Below are positions 57,462 through 64,000 of a DNA stretch of 64,000 nt, piece after piece. The notes under the pieces are model-generated. The model was not told the origin of the DNA and made no database searches. It saw only the letters and a program-made list of their open reading frames with translations. Source of the stretch: a virus (lineage: Duplodnaviria; Caudoviricetes). Both the position numbers and the translations under genes were made by a program. The stretch covers positions 32,001 through 96,000 of IMG/VR virus record IMGVR_UViG_3300037067_006113, one strand, 5' to 3'. The stretch's first letter is position 1. The number at the start of each line of letters is the position of its first letter.

Positions 57462-58019
57462 TTACGATTTAGCCTGTTTAACTTGAAACAGTTGCTTTCC
57501 TGACGCATGTGAAGTTTCTGCATAAGCAGTAAATGTTATTCCAAATGCGGTAGGATTTTCTCTCTCGAAGTTAGCTGTAATTCCACCTGGATGGCAACGG
57601 AAAAATGTCCAAGTTGTCAAATAACCAGTGTCATTATCAGTTATTATTAGCTGTAATGGTTCGAAGGCAGCACCTACGACACCACCAATACCGACATAAT
57701 AAGCAGAAGTTGCATCTTTCGATACAGATCCTCCACCTAATACAAGGTCGAGATTTTGAGCTGTTGACTCTAACATCGAGAACTCAACTGTTGCAGTTTC
57801 ACCAGTAACCGCGACTTGAACAGGGGAAGTCACTTGATCGCAGAAGATATCAGACGTTTCAATAGTGTAGGTTACTGTAACCCCACCGTTAGTACATCCG
57901 ACATCAGTTCCTAAGACGTCCATGTCATAGAATCCGTCCGCATTGGGCGAAGCATTGACACGACCTCCTACTTTGACCACAGCACCACCAGTGTTAATAT
58001 TCGTAGCTGTAACTGACAT
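57462..58019 (-). CDS. major tail tube protein
   Basis: DVGCTNGGVTVTY..GETATVEFSMLE..ITFTAY. Confidence 0.85.
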   Translation of the reverse strand: MSVTATNINTGGAVVKVGGRVNASPNADGFYDMDVLGTDVGCTNGGVTVTYTIETSDIFCDQVTSPVQVAVTGETATVEFSMLESTAQNLDLVLGGGSVSKDATSAYYVGIGGVVGAAFEPLQLIITDNDTGYLTTWTFFRCHPGGITANFERENPTAFGITFTAYAETSHASGKQLFQVKQAKS

Positions 58020-58073
58020 AGTTTAGTCCTTCATTTTAATTTATTAAACGTCTAACCCTACCGCTAAAAAACT

Positions 58074-58844
58074 TTAACTATTATTTATTATTCTTGCCTG
58101 TTCTAATTCTAAATCCCATTCCCTTTTGGACATAAATAGGAGTTGTGGATCTCGTCTGGCACAACCTCTTCCTTTTTCAGAGATAATACCAGGATAATCC
58201 CTTTCGTCTATTGAAGTTGCTTTTGGCATTTTGTAACTGTCTTTTGTAAAGACATACGAATTGCCAGTAACTGCACCGATTCTTTCTGCTTCATCGGCTG
58301 TTCCAAGATAGACTACCTCTCTATATCTTATATCAGGAAAATCACTTTTAACAATTGGTTTTTCAGTTTCTTCAACTGGTTCTTCCTTTTGTTCTTCAAT
58401 GATTTCTATTGGTTTATAATTTTCATCTGGTTCAGTAACCATATCTTCAGTAACAGTTTCATCTTTTATTTTTTTAACCATATGTTTATTTTACTCCTCT
58501 TTTTCCTTACCGATTGGTAAGTATTTTCTAACAACAATGCAAAGTTTATCAAGACCTATTTTTTGGTGACCGATAATATCTCTCCAAGTATCTCGAATTC
58601 TGGCTTTAGTGAATTCTTTAAAATCCTCTGGCATATTTCTATTTTCAATCTCTTTGCAAAGTTGAGCTTCAAGTTTTCTTAACTCACTCCAAAGATCTCC
58701 AGATAAATCTTTCAATGCTTCAAATGCCTCTCTATCTTCGATACCTGTCCATCTTTTCCACTTGTTCTCAAGTTCTATAAGATATGACGGTTTCTTAATT
58801 AATGATCCTTCTGGATCATGTGTAACCTTTACCTCTGTAGTCAT
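58074..58844 (-). CDS. two hypothetical genes in the neck/tail module (58074-58481, 58491-58844)
   Basis: Co-directional ORFs. Confidence 0.7.
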
Positions 58845-58878
58845 AATTTTATCCTCCTACTATAACTAAAACTTATTA

Positions 58879-59328
58879 TTAAGATTGCTCTTTAGTAGCC
58901 CATGTAACCCTATATCTAATTGGTGTAAACCAAGCTTGTATATCAGGATCATGCATTGGCTCTGTTAAAGAATCTCTGACACAACTATAGCAAATAACCT
59001 CATCACTGTCTAATGTTCTTTGTCCATGTAATAATTCCTTAATCCTTGCCTCTATATTATCTGATTCAGAAGTAGTCGATTTATTACTAAATATTTCAAT
59101 TCTAAAATTAGATCTAGATATCTTTCCACTTATTTGTGTTTCGTCATATGGGTGGTCACTATCATTAATTACATAGTAAACTACACATGGATAAGATACT
59201 TGTTTTGGTGGATTACGGTGGAATATTTTACCTGTACCACCTAAAAGACCTCTGAGTGTTACATCATTGTTTAGTAATTCAAATATCGCTTGTTTTAAAT
59301 AATGTATATTTTTTTGATATGTACTCAT
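58879..59328 (-). CDS. tail terminator/completion protein
   Basis: AIFELLNNDVTL..YPCVVY..FRIEIFS; synteny. Confidence 0.75.
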   Translation of the reverse strand: MSTYQKNIHYLKQAIFELLNNDVTLRGLLGGTGKIFHRNPPKQVSYPCVVYYVINDSDHPYDETQISGKISRSNFRIEIFSNKSTTSESDNIEARIKELLHGQRTLDSDEVICYSCVRDSLTEPMHDPDIQAWFTPIRYRVTWATKEQS

Positions 59329-59837
59329 GACATGCTAAATCCTTTCACAAATCTACCCGTTGATTTACTTCGTGTCCTTCCAACCTCTTTACTAAAATGT
59401 GTAAGACTTACCTTTAAGGTATCAGATATTTTCTTACTAATAGTAGGTCCAACTTCCAAATAAGCACTTTCTAGATAGTGATAGCCTTCCCACCACGAAC
59501 CAGTTGGTTTTCCTGTCCACGGGTTAGTAATTCTATGTCCAATTTCTACCCATTCACCGTGTCTCGCTGACCTTAAATCAACTCCAACTTCAATACCAAT
59601 CATTTCTGTTTCGTTAGTTTTAATAGTCGATTTTATTGCATTTTTTAATTGTCCAGTCCAATATTTCTTACCAGTTCGTGATATAGATTGTTCTTCGAGT
59701 ATTTCTTTTGCTCTATCACGAATTGTATTACCTTGATTCACCAATCCACTTCTAAAATCTTTATTAATAACTAAACCTAAATCATTCAAATTCTTAATCG
59801 TTGTATTAATCCCACTCAAGGACATTCCTATTTTCAT
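59325..59837 (-). CDS. HK97 gp10-like neck protein
   Basis: TGQLKNAI..WVEIGH..YLESAY; synteny. Confidence 0.75.
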   Translation of the reverse strand: MKIGMSLSGINTTIKNLNDLGLVINKDFRSGLVNQGNTIRDRAKEILEEQSISRTGKKYWTGQLKNAIKSTIKTNETEMIGIEVGVDLRSARHGEWVEIGHRITNPWTGKPTGSWWEGYHYLESAYLEVGPTISKKISDTLKVSLTHFSKEVGRTRSKSTGRFVKGFSMS

Positions 59838-60265
59838 GCTATTTTTCCTTTGCTAGTAACAGTACTTACATTTAGTTGTTCATTTGGTACTCCAGTTATT
59901 GCTTTCAATATTATTTTAATATGGTGACTATCTGTAATTTCTACATTAGCTGATTGCCAATTTTCAACTCCAAGAACAAAATATCTAATATTAGTTTCTT
60001 GATCTAATGCAATATCACCAATTTGTATATCTCTTAAATTAGAATCGTCATATCTATTTATCCATGCAGCATGATCTTGCATATGTACTTTTCCATGGAT
60101 CTCAAATTCGGTAGTTGATTTCTCTGGTTGAATGTTTGCCTTTAGAGAAGCATACGCAAGACTTTGAGAAGTCGACAAATCACCTATTGAATCAATAACA
60201 ACTGATTCTCTAAATATATGTATAGTTGTATTCAAATATTTGTCTGGAATGCGATGTATAGACAT
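59834..60265 (-). CDS. head closure/stopper protein
   Basis: Synteny; ANIQP..DIQIGD..YFV..HHIK. Confidence 0.65.
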   Translation of the reverse strand: MSIHRIPDKYLNTTIHIFRESVVIDSIGDLSTSQSLAYASLKANIQPEKSTTEFEIHGKVHMQDHAAWINRYDDSNLRDIQIGDIALDQETNIRYFVLGVENWQSANVEITDSHHIKIILKAITGVPNEQLNVSTVTSKGKIA

Positions 60266-60321
60266 ATTTTATTTCCCTTATTACTTAGTAAACTATTTCC
60301 ACATCATATTTATATTATAGG

Positions 60322-61296
60322 CTACCCCAAAGGACCCGCGAACGGGAATCTTTGATACGATTGTCGATATGGATTTAATAATTTTATAATTGTTCTCGCA
60401 CCTTTTAATCCAAGTTCGGAAATAGCATCATCCTCTGCCTTAGCATTACTATATACTTCAGTTATTTTATCTATTGTAAATCTTTGTAATTCCTTATCTT
60501 CGCCGTTAGTTTGTTTGTATAACTCTTCAACTAACATTACCGCAGCTTGTTTTACTGCGTCAGGAACTGTTATATATCCAGCAGTATAAACTACTGTCGC
60601 GACAGGAATAATTTGAGTTGCTGAAGGATCAAAGGTACAAATTCTTAAAGTAGGAACAGATATATCACTGAAATATTCTAGATAACCCGATTGTTCATTA
60701 ATTCGGATATAGGTTACGTCTAAATTAAGTGTATCCGTAGGACCTTGTTCTAATTGAACGCTTGTCAAAGAAATAATAGGTCGGTGAGATAATTGAATAT
60801 GAACACCATTATGAACTTTATCTAGAACACATCTTCTCTTTTCAGTATAAATTGCATAGTTAATCGAATCTCCTAAATAGGAATCTATTATCGCAGTAGC
60901 TCTATCAATATATCTTTGTAGGATTTCATCGGTTGGTGAAGTTGCTGTAATTTGTGTATATACTGATTTTTGCCTTACTTCATACGGTGTGACATACCCA
61001 GTTCTAACTGAAGAAACGACTTCAAAATATTGAGTGTGTTCATAAGTTGAACCGTTAATAACAAATCTCCATATAGCAGTATAAATTCCGAGTGTAGCTG
61101 TATTAACAGCTGCCATTGTATATTCATATCTACCAACAGTAGATCCAGCAACTGGCGTAACATTTGTAAGAATAACCGTTCCATTCGGATCAGTTATTTG
61201 TCTAATAAGAATAGAAGTCGGGGTAGTTAAAACATTATTATAATAAATATCAACTTCTATTTTATCAGCTGTATTTTGTAAAATCTGGTCAAGCAT
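60322..61296 (-). CDS. head-tail adaptor with N-terminal Ig-like domain
   Basis: GYVTPYEV..IDRATAIIDSY..YTAGYITVPDAVKQA. Confidence 0.75.
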   Translation of the reverse strand: MLDQILQNTADKIEVDIYYNNVLTTPTSILIRQITDPNGTVILTNVTPVAGSTVGRYEYTMAAVNTATLGIYTAIWRFVINGSTYEHTQYFEVVSSVRTGYVTPYEVRQKSVYTQITATSPTDEILQRYIDRATAIIDSYLGDSINYAIYTEKRRCVLDKVHNGVHIQLSHRPIISLTSVQLEQGPTDTLNLDVTYIRINEQSGYLEYFSDISVPTLRICTFDPSATQIIPVATVVYTAGYITVPDAVKQAAVMLVEELYKQTNGEDKELQRFTIDKITEVYSNAKAEDDAISELGLKGARTIIKLLNPYRQSYQRFPFAGPLG

Positions 61297-61307
61297 AAAA
61301 TTTCTCC

Positions 61308-64000
61308 TTATTTTTCAATTGTAGCTCTTGCCGTAATCCATTTAATTTGTTGTACTTTTGGTTCAACGACATTTACTACATTAACTTTATTATAATCAAT
61401 ATCTTTACCTATTGTATATCGATTCTTAATTTCTTGTACTCTCACTTTATTATATACTATTTCTTTGGTAACTTCTTTAATATATGTTACTTCCTTTATT
61501 CGATCCTCTGTTCTAACTGTGGTAATTATCTCAATAACTACTATAGTATTGATCTTTGCCTTAGCTGTTACTAAATGAATAATATTATTGACAATACTTG
61601 CTTTGACTCCTGATATTGTTGCAATATAAATATATCCAATTCTTCCAACTGAACATACTGTTTGTATAATTATGGATTCTATATCACCTTTAGCAGTTAT
61701 ATGTTGAGTTGGGTATGCTCCTAATCTACTTTTTGCTGATATAGTTTGTAAATAAGTATTAATAATTCTAGCTTTAGCAAAAATATTGAATTGAGAAAAA
61801 CCTCCGACTCTACCACGTCCAATAACTGAACGTTCGTTCTGTTTTTTAATGTTACCAATTGCACTGATTAATTTGGTATTGAATGTTTTAATGCGACTCA
61901 ACGCATATAATGTTTGACTACTATGTAACTCGATTACAATTCGACCTTTGGTATTTAAATTTTGTATTACATTAATGGCTATATCCCCTTTTGAAGTAAT
62001 AGTTTTAATTGTAGTTAATGTTATTCTAGCAATTGCATTAATGTATTGATAAAAAGATTGATTAATTCTAGATTTTGCATTAATTGTTACTAATCTGTTG
62101 ATTTCTATATGACCACTAGTTGATATATTATGTGTTGTAGTAACTTTAATGTTACCTTTCGCATCTATGTTATGACCATACGGACTACCTATACTTGCTT
62201 TCGCGACGATAGTTCGAGTTTCAAATATATATACTGACCCCTTGGCAGTTATTGTTCGTATTCTATCTATATTAATTCTTCCAATAGATCGAATTGTCTG
62301 TGTGGATTGTTTTTCTATTCTACTTTTTGCAACAATGGTATATGCTCTTGGTTTTTCAATTCGTCCTTTTGTATTTATTGTTTTATTTTGTGTGTTATTA
62401 ATATCTGCTTTAGCGTTTATATAATATATACCTATAACATTAATTCGACCTTTTACATTAATTATTCTTAATATATCAGTAATTAATATAGAAGCTTTGG
62501 AGTTAACCGTTTGTTCATTTGTATTTCGGATATTACCTTGAGCATATACATTTGGCATACCGTAAAGTTGAAGGCGAGCTTTTGCATTCAATGTTCTAAT
62601 TACTTCATTTCTGATATTAGATTTGGCATTAATTGTTTGATTTGTAACAAATGTAATTCTAGATTTGCTGGTTATAGATTGTTCAAACATTCTTTGGATT
62701 AATGAGTTTGCTGATATGCTACGTTCAGTATTAATAGTAATTCTTCCAAGTGCATTTATATATTGTTGAGATATTACTTCAATACGACCAAGAACATTTA
62801 TTTTTTCAGTTCTTAATTTCCCAATTCTTGATTTAGCAGTAATAATTCTTTCAGAATAAATAGTCACCCTTGCTTTTGTAGTTATCGTTTGGATTGTTCT
62901 AACTTCAATTCGTGATTTAGTTGATATTGTTTTAGATTCAGTAGTAGTAACTCTAGATTTAGCCTGAATATTTCTTTCAGTATTTCTTAATATCGAAGCT
63001 TTAGATTCAACGGTTTTATATCTACCAAATTCGATTCTTCCAATTGAACTTATGGTTCTGGTACTAATTATTTGTAATCTAGATTTAGAAGTAACTGTTT
63101 GTATGAATCCAGATTTAATATTTGCTTTTGCGTAAATAGTACGGTTACTACTTTGTGTGATTCTTCCTAATCCAGTTATATTTTGAGTTGAGAAAATACT
63201 AATTCGTCCTTTCGCATTTATAGTTACTAAATTAGCAACTAATATTCTTCCTTTAGAAGTAATAGTACGAGCCGATAGTATCTCAATTCGTGCTTTAGAT
63301 TGTAATATTCCAGCAATTTGGCTTTGAAGAACGTTTGATTTAGCAATCAACGTCTTTGATTGCAAGGTCTTTATATTAGCTTTGACCTCCATACTTTTGG
63401 TACTCATTTTAGATATTCTAGCCTTAGAAGTGGTTGTTTTTTGTTGTGTATTAGCAATATTTCCTATTGCATTTACTGTTTTAGTAACATTTCGCTCAAT
63501 TCTAGATTTAGCACCTATAGTTTGAGTACTCATTATCTGTATTCTTGATTTTGATATTAAAGTCTGAGTTCTAGATTGTTGTAATCTAGCTTTAGTAGTT
63601 ATGGATTGAGTACATATTTGGTATATATTAGCCTTAGCAGTTATTGTTTGAGTTGTAGCTGTGATACCTGTACCAATATTTGCTTTGGAATTTATTGTTT
63701 GGGTATTTGTTTGAAATAATGTGATAATAGCCTTTGCCTCTATATTATGTGGATTTTCATAATTCCACATTGTCGCATAAATGGACATCATTGCACTATC
63801 TCCAATATTACCATTACCAGTTGCCCATACCGAAATAGTTGGATGATTTAAAGAAGGGTTAGTAAAAAACATTCTTGGCAATGAATTCCACCCAGTAGAC
63901 GTATAAAATGGTACTGGATTCCATATAGTAATATTTTCAGTTAATGTTCCAGCTGTTAATCTAGATCGAATATAGTAAAATGGACCTCTATTTTCTACAT
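61308..64000 (-). CDS. large virion-associated repeat protein (5' end lies beyond the window)
   Basis: Roughly 50 copies of a 14-aa T-I-x-A-K-(A/G/S)-(R/N)-I unit; frame stays open from 63881 to the window edge. Confidence 0.85.
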   Translation of the reverse strand, partial: VENRGPFYYIRSRLTAGTLTENITIWNPVPFYTSTGWNSLPRMFFTNPSLNHPTISVWATGNGNIGDSAMMSIYATMWNYENPHNIEAKAIITLFQTNTQTINSKANIGTGITATTQTITAKANIYQICTQSITTKARLQQSRTQTLISKSRIQIMSTQTIGAKSRIERNVTKTVNAIGNIANTQQKTTTSKARISKMSTKSMEVKANIKTLQSKTLIAKSNVLQSQIAGILQSKARIEILSARTITSKGRILVANLVTINAKGRISIFSTQNITGLGRITQSSNRTIYAKANIKSGFIQTVTSKSRLQIISTRTISSIGRIEFGRYKTVESKASILRNTERNIQAKSRVTTTESKTISTKSRIEVRTIQTITTKARVTIYSERIITAKSRIGKLRTEKINVLGRIEVISQQYINALGRITINTERSISANSLIQRMFEQSITSKSRITFVTNQTINAKSNIRNEVIRTLNAKARLQLYGMPNVYAQGNIRNTNEQTVNSKASILITDILRIINVKGRINVIGIYYINAKADINNTQNKTINTKGRIEKPRAYTIVAKSRIEKQSTQTIRSIGRINIDRIRTITAKGSVYIFETRTIVAKASIGSPYGHNIDAKGNIKVTTTHNISTSGHIEINRLVTINAKSRINQSFYQYINAIARITLTTIKTITSKGDIAINVIQNLNTKGRIVIELHSSQTLYALSRIKTFNTKLISAIGNIKKQNERSVIGRGRVGGFSQFNIFAKARIINTYLQTISAKSRLGAYPTQHITAKGDIESIIIQTVCSVGRIGYIYIATISGVKASIVNNIIHLVTAKAKINTIVVIEIITTVRTEDRIKEVTYIKEVTKEIVYNKVRVQEIKNRYTIGKDIDYNKVNVVNVVEPKVQQIKWITARATIEK

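Noticed and set aside
2385-63548. Many plus-strand ORFs opposite long minus-strand genes
   Set aside because: Antisense frames of well-supported genes, with no recognisable motifs

Overview
This is a 64-kb slice of a large, AT-rich, long-tailed (siphovirus-like) dsDNA phage genome. It uses the standard genetic code, and almost all genes are on the minus strand. Layout, left to right: (1) a leftward array of 8 tRNAs mixed with structured non-coding segments; (2) a replication/recombination block (thioredoxin, SSB, RecA, an initiator with internal iterons, a DnaC-like loader, a ssDNA-annealing protein) that also carries LemA and a prepilin-leader TPM protein; (3) accessory enzymes (MT-A70 methyltransferase, IscS, CxxCxxCC proteins, phosphoesterase, MoxR/VWA pair, SLT, RNase HI); (4) a region of short genes at 33-38.9 kb, presumably early, punctuated by repeated stem-loops; (5) a rightward array of 22 tRNAs, which together with the first covers all 20 amino acids; (6) lysis genes and the tail/neck module, including a -1 frameshifted tail chaperone and a very long 14-aa-repeat protein running off the right edge. 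SSB style, the prepilin leader and tRNA-Ile(UAU) hint at a Patescibacteria/CPR host (inference only). The most unusual signals are at the RNA level. Unrelated genes are individually wrapped in co-varying inverted repeats and followed by a conserved bulged hairpin. Three tRNA-shaped RNAs lack an anticodon loop, and five tRNAs have C at the normally invariant U33. At the protein level, one 14-aa motif is shared among several virion proteins. All assignments come from manual reading; no database searches or folding programs were run.
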